A DNA stretch of 64,000 nt from Candidatus Moraniibacteriota bacterium (GTDB lineage: Bacteria > Patescibacteriota > Minisyncoccia > Moranbacterales > GWC2-37-73): positions 74,634 through 138,633 of the forward strand of contig JAAXUC010000002.1 in the NCBI GenBank assembly GCA_013336225.1, read 5' to 3'. The notes under the pieces were generated by a model that worked only from the letters and a program-made list of their open reading frames with translations, did no database searches and was not told the origin of the DNA. The position numbers and the translations under genes are program-made. Below are positions 8,407 through 16,629 of this stretch, in pieces. How positions within the stretch are numbered: the first letter of the stretch is position 1; the number at the start of each line of letters is the position of its first letter.

Positions 8407-9009
8407 ATGGCAGAACAAAAATCAACATTTAAAAAAGTTAGGAAATATTTTTTTTGGATAATCTTAATCTCTACCTTAGTGGTGGGATTTTTCTTTTGGC
8501 GACAACTTCAAAAGCCAGCTTCAGGTCGAATCAAAATGGTCACTCAAGCTCCAGCCTCAGTTATTCCTGTTGATGGTGCATTAGAACGTTTCGAGGGAGA
8601 ATATTTTTCTTTTGCACATGATGCAAAATATTTGCTCAAAAATCATCGAAAAGATTTTGAAAACAATGGCGTTATTCTTGAGAGTGCTTTTTTCGCCCAA
8701 GCAGATGTCAATTCAAAAAAGATTGCCGTCACAGTGGAAGATATTAGGGGGAGAGGCATGGCGGATACGGGAAACTTTTTGCTGCGCGAAAAAAATCCAA
8801 AAGTGTATGCGCAGGAAAAATTTGACATCAATGGTGCCGAGGGAATTTCTTTTTCGACCACAAATGAATCGGGTTTTTTGGAAAAAGTTTTCTTCATTCC
8901 AAAAGGTGAATATGTGGCAGAATTTGCCTTCACTCAGCCAATAACAGAGGATGGAAGCTCTGAATTGGAAATGACGGAAATTTTGAAAAGCATTCAATGG
9001 AAAAAGTGA
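8407..9009 (+). CDS. Membrane-anchored hypothetical protein
   Basis: 200 aa with one N-terminal TM helix and no recognisable domain. Confidence 0.5.
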   Translation: MAEQKSTFKKVRKYFFWIILISTLVVGFFFWRQLQKPASGRIKMVTQAPASVIPVDGALERFEGEYFSFAHDAKYLLKNHRKDFENNGVILESAFFAQADVNSKKIAVTVEDIRGRGMADTGNFLLREKNPKVYAQEKFDINGAEGISFSTTNESGFLEKVFFIPKGEYVAEFAFTQPITEDGSSELEMTEILKSIQWKK

Positions 9010-9120
9010 TTTGGTGCAGCAAAATGCTGACTGAAAAGGTGATTTTGAGGCTTAAACGAGGGATGATGGCATTGACTTTTTCAATTTTATAGTGTATAAT
9101 GGATCTATAAGGCTTTAGAT

Positions 9121-9155
9121 GAGCTGAAAGAATCGGGTGAAATACCCCGATTCTT
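9121..9155 (+). terminator. Candidate Rho-independent terminator
   Basis: AATCGGG-TGAAATAC-CCCGATT followed by CTTTTCTTTTTT. Confidence 0.45.
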
Positions 9156-9264
9156 TTCTTTTTTAAGGTCCTATAAAAAAACCGGGTGGTTTTGTATGAA
9201 TTTCATGCAAAACAACGCCCGGTTTTTGTTTCTTTAAATCCATCACATAAGCAAACCCTCCATC

Positions 9265-12231
9265 ATGTTTGCAAAAACAAAAACAAAATTTGAAATTCTC
9301 ACAATAACACTTATTCTAGTAAGTGGAGTTTTTGTTTTCTCTGCAAGTGATGCGAAGGCCGCCGCTGGAATTTTCAAACAAATCAATTTTCAAGGAAAGG
9401 TGGTCAATAAAACTGCTGGCACCAATGTGGCCAACGGAAACTATGATTTCACTTTCGTTTTATATGATGCAGCTAGTGGAGGCGCAACACTTTGGACAGA
9501 AACCAGAACTGGCGCAAATCAAGTTGCAGTGACCGATGGAATTTTTCAAGTGAACCTTGGATCAGTCACAGCTTTGCCAGCAACTGCCACTTTAAATGTC
9601 GACAACCTATATTTGGGAATCAATTTTGCTGGTGATGGTGAAATGACAACTCGCATGAGGTTTACGGCTGCACCATATGCTTTCAATGCTGACAATGCAA
9701 ACGCTCTTGCAGGTGGAACTTGGGCAGCGCCAGGAGCAATCGGCGGAACAACTGCTGCTGCTGGAACTTTCACAAATCTTTCAACCACCACTGGTGGTCT
9801 TTCGATTGCTGCTGGTCAGTCATACACTGGCGCAGGCGCAGTGACACTTTCTTCCACCACCAATGGACTTACTTTAAATTCTGGCAACAACACACTGACC
9901 GTTGATTCAACTGACACAGCGCTGACAGCTTCGGGCGTGACAACTTTGACTTTGGGAGCCAACACCACAATCACCAACGCTTCAGGCAACATCAGCTTGC
10001 AAGCAGCGGGAGTTGGCACTGCGAACATTCAAATCGGTGACGGCGGCACAACTTCAGCCACTCCCGATCTTTTCATTCTGGACATTGGTTCAGCAGAGCC
10101 AACTGGAACAATCGGTGCCATGTATTATTCGACTGCATTAGCCAAATTTCGTTGCTACCAAGGAGTGGCTTGGGCTGATTGTATTGGAGTCGGTGGCAGC
10201 GGATATGCAACCATTCAAGATGAAGGAGCTGCTCGCACTCAAAGAGCAATCTTGAACTTCATTGGGGCAGGAGTTTCCTGTGTAGATAACGCCGGCAATC
10301 TTTCAACTGATTGCACCATTACGGGAGGTGGATCATCTGATTTGCAGACAACATATAACAGCGATGCTGACGGAACAAACGCAAACATCATCATGACTGC
10401 CACTGATGGAAGCGTGGTGATGCAGAACACGACTGGCACTCAATTTCAAGTGACCATGGCCAGTGCCACTGCGGCAACTGTTGATTTGGCAAGCATTTTG
10501 AATTCTGGAGCCAGCCAGGGAGCAGCCACCACCGGAGTTGATGGACTCCAAATTGATTTTGCAAATGCTGGAGCTGCTGCGATTGACAATGCTGGTCTTC
10601 GCATCAACACCACTTCGACAAACAACAATGCTGGATCATTCTTGTCAGGACTATATATTGCAGGCATCACTCCGCAAGCCAATTCATATGAAACAGCGAT
10701 CAGAATTGGAGCTGGCTGGGATGATATTTTGAGAGTGGATGCAACCACTGCAAATTTCGATTTGAATAATGCTGCCAACAGCACCTTGAACATTGTCAAT
10801 GACGGAGCTGGCGTTGCATCTCTTTCAGTTGAAGCTGGCGGAAGTTACACTGGTGCCGGTGCAGTGACACTTTCTTCTGCTGCAGGCGCAGGTCTGACAA
10901 TCAATTCAGGCACAGTTGGTGCAATCAGCATTGGAGATGACGCTTCAAACGAAACAATCAATTTCGGAACAGGCGCAGCCATCAAAACACTCAACATTGG
11001 ATCACTCAATTCATCTTCAGTGACAACAATTCAATCAGGAACAGCTGGCATCACTTTACAAGTTGCAGGCGCAGGCACAACTGGCACAGTGCAAATTGGC
11101 GCTGGCACAGGCGCCAATGAAACTCCAGACCTCTTGTCTCTTGATTCAAAATTGAGCGCTGGAGATCCTGCCGGAACTGTTGGCGACATGTATTATAATG
11201 TTGGCGCTGCAAAATTCAGATGTTTTGAAGGTGCTGCTTGGAAAGATTGTGACACAGGTGGAGCAGGTGGATCACCTGCAGGTTCAGACACTCAAGTGCA
11301 ATACAACAACGCAGGCACATTCGGCGCAGATGCAGGCTTTAGCTTTAATAGTGCAACTCAAACCTTGGGATTAAATGGAACAGATGCAGAAATTAACATG
11401 AAAAGTATTACCAATGAGCCATCTGCTCCTGCTTCTGGAACATTAACTTGGTACTCAAAAGTGGTTGCTGGGCGCGTTATGCCAAAATGGAAAGCACCTT
11501 CAGGAGTTGATACTTCTTTTCAATCAAGCTTTGGATTTAATCGTATTGCCATGGTAACTCCATCTGGAACAGGAACCACTGTTCCTCAGGTTTGGGGAAC
11601 AACAATAACATCCGTTGGAAATCTTAGTCATCCCGCACTTGCTGCTACTAGTTTTTTGACTGCCACTCGTCGTTTTACGCTTACAACTAGTGCCACCGCC
11701 GCAGGGACATTAGTGTCGAGTAGAGCACCCGCAACAATGGCTTGGCGTGGAAATGTTGCTGGACTTGGCGGATTCTTTTTTACTCAACGTTTTTCTCTTG
11801 CTACTTTGGTGGCAGGCAACCGTGCTTTTGTTGGCCTGAGTGATTCCACTGCCGCACCTACTAACGTTGATCCAACGACAAGCACAACACCTGGAAAAAT
11901 TGGTTTGGCAATAAACACTAATACTGGAAATTGGAACTGGGTTAATAATATAACCGGAACAGCTCCTACCGTAACAGCTCTTGGCGCAAATTTTCCAATT
12001 AATATTACTGATATGTATGAATTGGTTATCTTTTCAGCGCCAAATGGGTCAAATATTACGTATCGAGTTACAAATCTGTCTACTGGTGCACAAACCAATA
12101 ACACTACAGTATCAGCAAATATACCTGCAGCTGCAACCTTTATGGTCCCGGTTTTTTGGATGACAAATAATGCTACAGTTGGAACTGTTGCCATGTCATC
12201 TGCTGGCTGGTACTTGGAAAGTGATCAATAA
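9265..12231 (+). CDS. Giant secreted repeat protein (Gly/Thr/Ala-rich), hypothetical surface protein or adhesin
   Basis: 988 aa with a signal peptide. It carries two copies of a module ending TPDL(F/L)xLD...G(A/D)MYY...AKFRC(Y/F)(Q/E)G(V/A)AW(A/K)DC. The last ~330 residues are non-repetitive. Confidence 0.65.
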   Translation: MFAKTKTKFEILTITLILVSGVFVFSASDAKAAAGIFKQINFQGKVVNKTAGTNVANGNYDFTFVLYDAASGGATLWTETRTGANQVAVTDGIFQVNLGSVTALPATATLNVDNLYLGINFAGDGEMTTRMRFTAAPYAFNADNANALAGGTWAAPGAIGGTTAAAGTFTNLSTTTGGLSIAAGQSYTGAGAVTLSSTTNGLTLNSGNNTLTVDSTDTALTASGVTTLTLGANTTITNASGNISLQAAGVGTANIQIGDGGTTSATPDLFILDIGSAEPTGTIGAMYYSTALAKFRCYQGVAWADCIGVGGSGYATIQDEGAARTQRAILNFIGAGVSCVDNAGNLSTDCTITGGGSSDLQTTYNSDADGTNANIIMTATDGSVVMQNTTGTQFQVTMASATAATVDLASILNSGASQGAATTGVDGLQIDFANAGAAAIDNAGLRINTTSTNNNAGSFLSGLYIAGITPQANSYETAIRIGAGWDDILRVDATTANFDLNNAANSTLNIVNDGAGVASLSVEAGGSYTGAGAVTLSSAAGAGLTINSGTVGAISIGDDASNETINFGTGAAIKTLNIGSLNSSSVTTIQSGTAGITLQVAGAGTTGTVQIGAGTGANETPDLLSLDSKLSAGDPAGTVGDMYYNVGAAKFRCFEGAAWKDCDTGGAGGSPAGSDTQVQYNNAGTFGADAGFSFNSATQTLGLNGTDAEINMKSITNEPSAPASGTLTWYSKVVAGRVMPKWKAPSGVDTSFQSSFGFNRIAMVTPSGTGTTVPQVWGTTITSVGNLSHPALAATSFLTATRRFTLTTSATAAGTLVSSRAPATMAWRGNVAGLGGFFFTQRFSLATLVAGNRAFVGLSDSTAAPTNVDPTTSTTPGKIGLAINTNTGNWNWVNNITGTAPTVTALGANFPINITDMYELVIFSAPNGSNITYRVTNLSTGAQTNNTTVSANIPAAATFMVPVFWMTNNATVGTVAMSSAGWYLESDQ

Positions 12232-12242
12232 AAAATAAAAAT

Positions 12243-12971
12243 ATGAAAAAAATAATCATAGTTTCAATCGTGCTACTTTTGCCTCTTAGAGCATTTGCCA
12301 GTGAAAACTGGACTCTTAAAGAAAACAAAAACATGCTTTCTTTGGAAGGATCTTGCAAAGGGCAGGGCGTGAAAATAGAGCTATATCCAGCCGGCAAAGG
12401 CGAATCGGTCTATTCAGCTAATGCTGCTTGCAAGGATGGAAAATTTCAATTTTCAGATAATCTTTTGCAATGGAGCAATTTGAGTGAAGGGGAATACGAA
12501 GTTGTTTTAAATGAAAAAGTGAATGAGGTTAAAAAAATTGAGATCAAAAGACCAGTTGCAGTCATCGATGCCGTCGTTGAGCTTGAAGCGGAAAAAGTGA
12601 TTGAAGAAGAAGTTAAGAGCCCCGAAATACAATTTCTTGGCGCGTTTGTCACTTTGCAAAAAACAATTTTGGACATGCGAAATTGGCTTGCACAGACCCA
12701 GTATCCATCCTTTATGAAAATTAGCCTCAATTTTGCGCTGGATGGAGTTGATCTTGCAGTCGGAAAAGTTTCCAATTTGGTTTTGTCTGGAGAAAATTCC
12801 AAAAAAGAATCAATTGAAAGCCTGGAAAGCATAGCGCCAGTTGCAGAAGTTTCTGATTTGCAAATGACAGAAGAAAAGAATGTTTCTGAAGTTGTTGAGG
12901 CAGCGCAAGATGAACAAGTGATGCAGGAGGAAGATGTCGCTGAAAATGGTGCTGCTCTAACCACGCAGTAA
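12243..12971 (+). CDS. Secreted hypothetical protein with an acidic C-terminus
   Basis: 242 aa with a signal peptide. It starts 12 nt after the 988-aa gene, so it is probably co-transcribed. Confidence 0.5.
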   Translation: MKKIIIVSIVLLLPLRAFASENWTLKENKNMLSLEGSCKGQGVKIELYPAGKGESVYSANAACKDGKFQFSDNLLQWSNLSEGEYEVVLNEKVNEVKKIEIKRPVAVIDAVVELEAEKVIEEEVKSPEIQFLGAFVTLQKTILDMRNWLAQTQYPSFMKISLNFALDGVDLAVGKVSNLVLSGENSKKESIESLESIAPVAEVSDLQMTEEKNVSEVVEAAQDEQVMQEEDVAENGAALTTQ

Positions 12972-13014
12972 AAAATTGAGAATATTGAAAGAGTTAAAAA
13001 TAGGAATAGAAATG

Positions 13015-13050
13015 GAAAAGTCGCCCCTGTGATGGAGGGCGACTTTTCAT
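13015..13050 (+). terminator. Rho-independent terminator
   Basis: AAAAGTCGCCC-CTGTGATGGA-GGGCGACTTTTCATTTTC. Confidence 0.7.
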
Positions 13051-13072
13051 TTTCCGGATTGTTTGTTATAAT
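13045..13072 (+). promoter_or_regulatory. Candidate sigma70-type promoter of the pilin gene (extended -10)
   Basis: TTTTCA, 16-nt spacer, then TGTTATAAT (TGn + TATAAT) about 35 nt upstream of the ATG at 13108. Confidence 0.3.
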
Positions 13073-13107
13073 AAAATTAATCTAAAGAATCTTTTTAAGA
13101 TATTGCA

Positions 13108-13575
13108 ATGAAAAATACAAAATCTGGTTTTACATTGGTTGAGCTTTTATTGGTAATCGGTATCATTGCCACTTTGGCGGTGGTTGTTTTTGTGGCGCTT
13201 GATCCAGCAAAAAGATTTGCTGATGCCCGCGACGCAAGAAGAACATCGGATGTGGAAACAATCTTAAGCGCAGTTCATCAATATGTTATTGACAGCAAAG
13301 GCTCTTTTCCTGCTGGTATTGATAATGCTGAAAGACAAATTGCAACAGCAACTGACACTTGTGGAGTTTCTGGGGGTGGATGTGGTGATGGAGGAGAAAC
13401 TGGTTGTGTTGACTTGAGCGGTCAGTTAGCAAAATATCTTAAAGAAATTCCATATGATCCAACTGCCGGAATCGGGCCAGATCATTCTCACTATACAATC
13501 GTGAAGGATGATAACGGAATTGTCACTGTGCGTGCTTGTGATGCGGAAGGTGGAGTGATTTCTGTTTCGCGGTAG
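13108..13575 (+). CDS. pilA: Type IV pilin (prepilin with class III signal peptide), candidate major pilin
   Basis: MKNTKSG then FTLVELLLVIGIIATLAVVVFVAL: a canonical G/F cleavage site, Glu at +5 and a hydrophobic N-terminal helix. 155 aa with a Cys-rich C-terminal region. It has its own promoter and terminator. Confidence 0.8.
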   Translation: MKNTKSGFTLVELLLVIGIIATLAVVVFVALDPAKRFADARDARRTSDVETILSAVHQYVIDSKGSFPAGIDNAERQIATATDTCGVSGGGCGDGGETGCVDLSGQLAKYLKEIPYDPTAGIGPDHSHYTIVKDDNGIVTVRACDAEGGVISVSR

Positions 13576-13616
13576 TCTTCATTGGAAAAATTAAAATCGT
13601 ATCTTGTTTGAAATAG

Positions 13617-13651
13617 AAAAAAGAGCTCAGATGTTACCGAGCTCTTTTTTG
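13617..13651 (+). terminator. Rho-independent terminator
   Basis: AAAAAAGAGCTC-AGATGTTACC-GAGCTCTTTTTTGG. Confidence 0.7.
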
Positions 13652-13663
13652 GTGTAATCTTTT

Positions 13664-14599
13664 TTGGTGAAATTTAAAAAAATATGGTATTATGTAAATG
13701 AAGAGAAATGTAAAAAACAAAAAAAACAAAAAAATATGGGAAAAATATCAAAAATAACCGAATCAGGAGAATCAATTGAGAAATTTTCTCCAAATGAGCA
13801 GGTTGCAGCAGAGGCAAAGACGACAAAGAAGTCCATAGGTACAACTTCAGAGAAAAAAAACAGTTGGGGAAAGAAAATTGCTTCAGTGGGATTGCTTTTG
13901 GTGGTGCTTGGATTGGGAGCAACTTCATATTATTTTTATCATAAATATAAATCTGTGCCCTCAGTGGAAACAGATGAGATCATTATTAAGGTTGGTAAAT
14001 TGATGGAGCTGCCAAGCAATGAAATTCCAACCTTGGCCACCGTGACTGACAAAGAAAAAATGAAAGAACAGCCATTTTTTGCAAAGTCTGAAAATGGAGA
14101 CAAAGTTCTGATCTATACTAAAGCGCAAAAAGCCATTTTGTATCGTCCATCACTAAACAAGATTGTGGAAGTGATGCAGCTTTCAATCAGTAAACCGACA
14201 GATGCAAAAACTGTGCAAAATGTTGATCAAGCAATCCCGCAAGAACAAGCAGTTCAGGATCAGGCTCAAACAACTGCGCCAGCGCAAAATGCTGAAAATC
14301 AAGCGCCAGTTGTGGCTGCTGAGCAAACAAAATTGAAAGTCGCCATATATAATGGCAGTGGCATCAAGGGAAAGGCCGGCACTTTGGCTGATGAAATTGT
14401 GAAAATTGAGGGATTGGAAGTGACTGAAAAAACCAATGCAACAGGCGGCTATGACAGCACGTTGGTGGTTGATCTTGCTGGTGGCAATGAAGTGATGGCG
14501 CAAAAGATTGCCGATGCTCTTGGTGCTGCAGTCGGACAATTGCCGGAAGGAGAAATGAAACCAGCAGCTGATGTGTTAGTGATTGGAGGGAAAAATTAA
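13664..14599 (+). CDS. Membrane protein with a C-terminal LytR_C (LytR/CpsA/Psr C-terminal) domain
   Basis: The C-terminus KLKVAIYNGSGIKGKAGTLADEIV...GYDSTLVVDLAGGNEVMAQKIADALGA...ADVLVIGGKN fits the LytR_C consensus (hhV.NGtg..G.A......L...G..........t.I.......A..la..lG.....lvvvG.d). It has one TM helix and a Lys-rich N-terminus. An alternative start lies at 13736. Confidence 0.6.
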   Translation: MVKFKKIWYYVNEEKCKKQKKQKNMGKISKITESGESIEKFSPNEQVAAEAKTTKKSIGTTSEKKNSWGKKIASVGLLLVVLGLGATSYYFYHKYKSVPSVETDEIIIKVGKLMELPSNEIPTLATVTDKEKMKEQPFFAKSENGDKVLIYTKAQKAILYRPSLNKIVEVMQLSISKPTDAKTVQNVDQAIPQEQAVQDQAQTTAPAQNAENQAPVVAAEQTKLKVAIYNGSGIKGKAGTLADEIVKIEGLEVTEKTNATGGYDSTLVVDLAGGNEVMAQKIADALGAAVGQLPEGEMKPAADVLVIGGKN

Positions 14600-14618
14600 A
14601 TATAAATTTACAAATCAC

Positions 14619-15032
14619 ATGACTTTTACTTTCATTTGGGATGAAAAATATAGTGTAGGGGTGGCAGAAATTGATGAGCAGCACAAGAAGTTGGTGGCAA
14701 CTATTGCCAAATTAAACGAAGCTATTTCTAAGGCTAAATCCATTGAAAAAGATGTGAAGAGCGTGCTAACTGAACTGAAGCAATACGTGGAGGTTCATTT
14801 CAGCACGGAAGAGAAATATTTCAAGGAATTTAATTATGAATTTGCTGAACAACATATCTTGGAACACCGAGAGTTTGCTAAAAAAATTGAATCTTTTTAT
14901 GAAAAATATGCAGGAAATGAAGTTGAAATTTCATTTGAGTTGATTGATTTTTTGGAGGATTGGCTGCTGGATCACATGATGACCCAAGATCGAAAATATA
15001 TGCATTGCTTCGCTGAAAATGGCTTGAAATAA
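14619..15032 (+). CDS. Bacteriohemerythrin (hemerythrin-like metal-binding protein)
   Basis: WDEKYSVGVAEIDEQHKKL...HFSTEEKYF...H..EH..F...WLLDHMMTQDRKY carries the His/Glu diiron ligand pattern of the hemerythrin domain. The ORF track starts at a TTG (14583). The ATG at 14619 is more plausible. Confidence 0.7.
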   Translation: MTFTFIWDEKYSVGVAEIDEQHKKLVATIAKLNEAISKAKSIEKDVKSVLTELKQYVEVHFSTEEKYFKEFNYEFAEQHILEHREFAKKIESFYEKYAGNEVEISFELIDFLEDWLLDHMMTQDRKYMHCFAENGLK

Positions 15033-15053
15033 AAAATTAAATAAAATCTTCAA

Positions 15054-16607
15054 ATGAAAATTCGTACTAAAGTTTTCCTGATCGTGGTGGCCATTTTCGG
15101 ACTGCTTTTTTTTGGCATCTCGCAGATTTTCACAGCAGTTGAATCAGCCAACTTTGAAAGATTGGAAAAGCAAAATGCATTTAAGGATATGAACAGGGTT
15201 GAGAAGGCTATTGCAAATGAAAATTCCAAGTTGGCGGAAATGATTGCTAGTTGGTCACATTGGAATGATGCTTATGCTTTTATTCAAGACGGAAATCAGA
15301 CATTTATCGACACCAATCTTAGCGCTGAGATCATAACTCAGCTGCAACTCAACTTCATCGCGATTAAGAATGATGTTGGAGAAAGCTTATTTGAAAAATA
15401 TGTGAATAAAGAAGGAAATGAGATGCCATTTCCGCAGGCGATCAAGGATGTGCTAAATGACACCAGAATTTCTGATGCAGCTAAACGCCCAATCCAATTG
15501 AATTTTTCAGGCATAGTTGAAACTGCTGACGGTCCATATGTGATAGCTATTCAATCGGTGACTTCTAGTGATGGTGGCGCCTCACCCAAGGGCTTGATGG
15601 CTTTTGGTTACAAAGCGGATGAGGATTTCATGGCGGCTTTGTCTGAGGCAACTTTGTTGCAATTGGACAGTGCCCCTTTGACTGAAATTGAAAAAATTGG
15701 AGCGCTGCTTGCTTTGCAGAAAAATCTCTCCATCACTGAGCGCATTTCAATTCAAAAAACAGCAGAATATGATTCAATTAATGTGTTTATGCTAACAGAC
15801 GATATTTTTGGCGAACCCGGAAGAATTTTCAAGGCTCAGATAAAGCGAGATGTCTATCTGGCTGGTCTTGATAACATTGCCAGAATAAATTTATTCTTGG
15901 TGGGAGTCGCATTCCTTATTGTGATTATTGTGTTGAGCTTGTTTGAGTTTTTTGTGCTCAGAAAAATCGATAAACTCATGAGTGGTGTTCAGCGAGTCGG
16001 CTCTTTGGACTATGTGGATGAGCAGCTGCTTGTTTCTGGCAAAGATGAGTTTGCCAAATTGGGCTTGGAGATTAATAAGATGCTGGACGCCGTGGAAAAA
16101 ACTCGTTTGGAAAAAAAGGAGACAGAAAAACGTTTTTTAAATATTGCTGATAGTGCTCCGGTGATGATTTGGATTTCAGATGAAAAAAACAAGATCGTAT
16201 ATGTGAATACCACTTTGACTGATTTTTTGGGTAAATCAGAGAAGGAGCTGTTTGGAGATGCTTGGATCAGTGTCATTCACCCTGAGGATAAGGAAAAAGT
16301 CTTGCTTGAATATGCTGATGCGGCAGCAAAAAAACAGAAAATTTCACTCAAATATCGAGTTATGAATGCAAAGAGTGAATATCGCTGGATTTTGGTGGAG
16401 GCAATAACCAGAATCACCCCGAGAGGACTTTTCAAGGGTTATACTGGCACAGCCATTGATGTCACTCAATTTGAAGAGTCAGATCAAAGGAAAATAAAAT
16501 ATATTGAAGAAATTGAAAAAATGAATAGGCTCATGGTTTCAAGGGAACTTAAGATGGTTGAGCTCAAGAAACAATTGCGAGATTGTGAAGTGCAGGAAAA
16601 GATGTAA
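15054..16607 (+). CDS. Membrane sensor protein with extracytoplasmic domain and cytoplasmic PAS domain, no kinase domain
   Basis: 517 aa. The layout is TM, a ~250-aa periplasmic region, TM, then a PAS-like region (MIWISDEKNKIVYVNTTLTDFLGKSEKELFGDAWISVIHPEDKEKV...YRWILVEA) and a C-terminal coiled coil. No HisKA or HATPase motifs. Confidence 0.6.
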   Translation: MKIRTKVFLIVVAIFGLLFFGISQIFTAVESANFERLEKQNAFKDMNRVEKAIANENSKLAEMIASWSHWNDAYAFIQDGNQTFIDTNLSAEIITQLQLNFIAIKNDVGESLFEKYVNKEGNEMPFPQAIKDVLNDTRISDAAKRPIQLNFSGIVETADGPYVIAIQSVTSSDGGASPKGLMAFGYKADEDFMAALSEATLLQLDSAPLTEIEKIGALLALQKNLSITERISIQKTAEYDSINVFMLTDDIFGEPGRIFKAQIKRDVYLAGLDNIARINLFLVGVAFLIVIIVLSLFEFFVLRKIDKLMSGVQRVGSLDYVDEQLLVSGKDEFAKLGLEINKMLDAVEKTRLEKKETEKRFLNIADSAPVMIWISDEKNKIVYVNTTLTDFLGKSEKELFGDAWISVIHPEDKEKVLLEYADAAAKKQKISLKYRVMNAKSEYRWILVEAITRITPRGLFKGYTGTAIDVTQFEESDQRKIKYIEEIEKMNRLMVSRELKMVELKKQLRDCEVQEKM

Positions 16608-16629
16608 ATTGATGTTGTTTGGATAATTT

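Noticed and set aside
14583-14618. TTG start for the hemerythrin gene as given by the ORF track
   Set aside because: The extension overlaps the previous gene stop and adds a non-conserved MEGKIKYKFTNH leader. The conserved hemerythrin N-terminus begins at the ATG at 14619.
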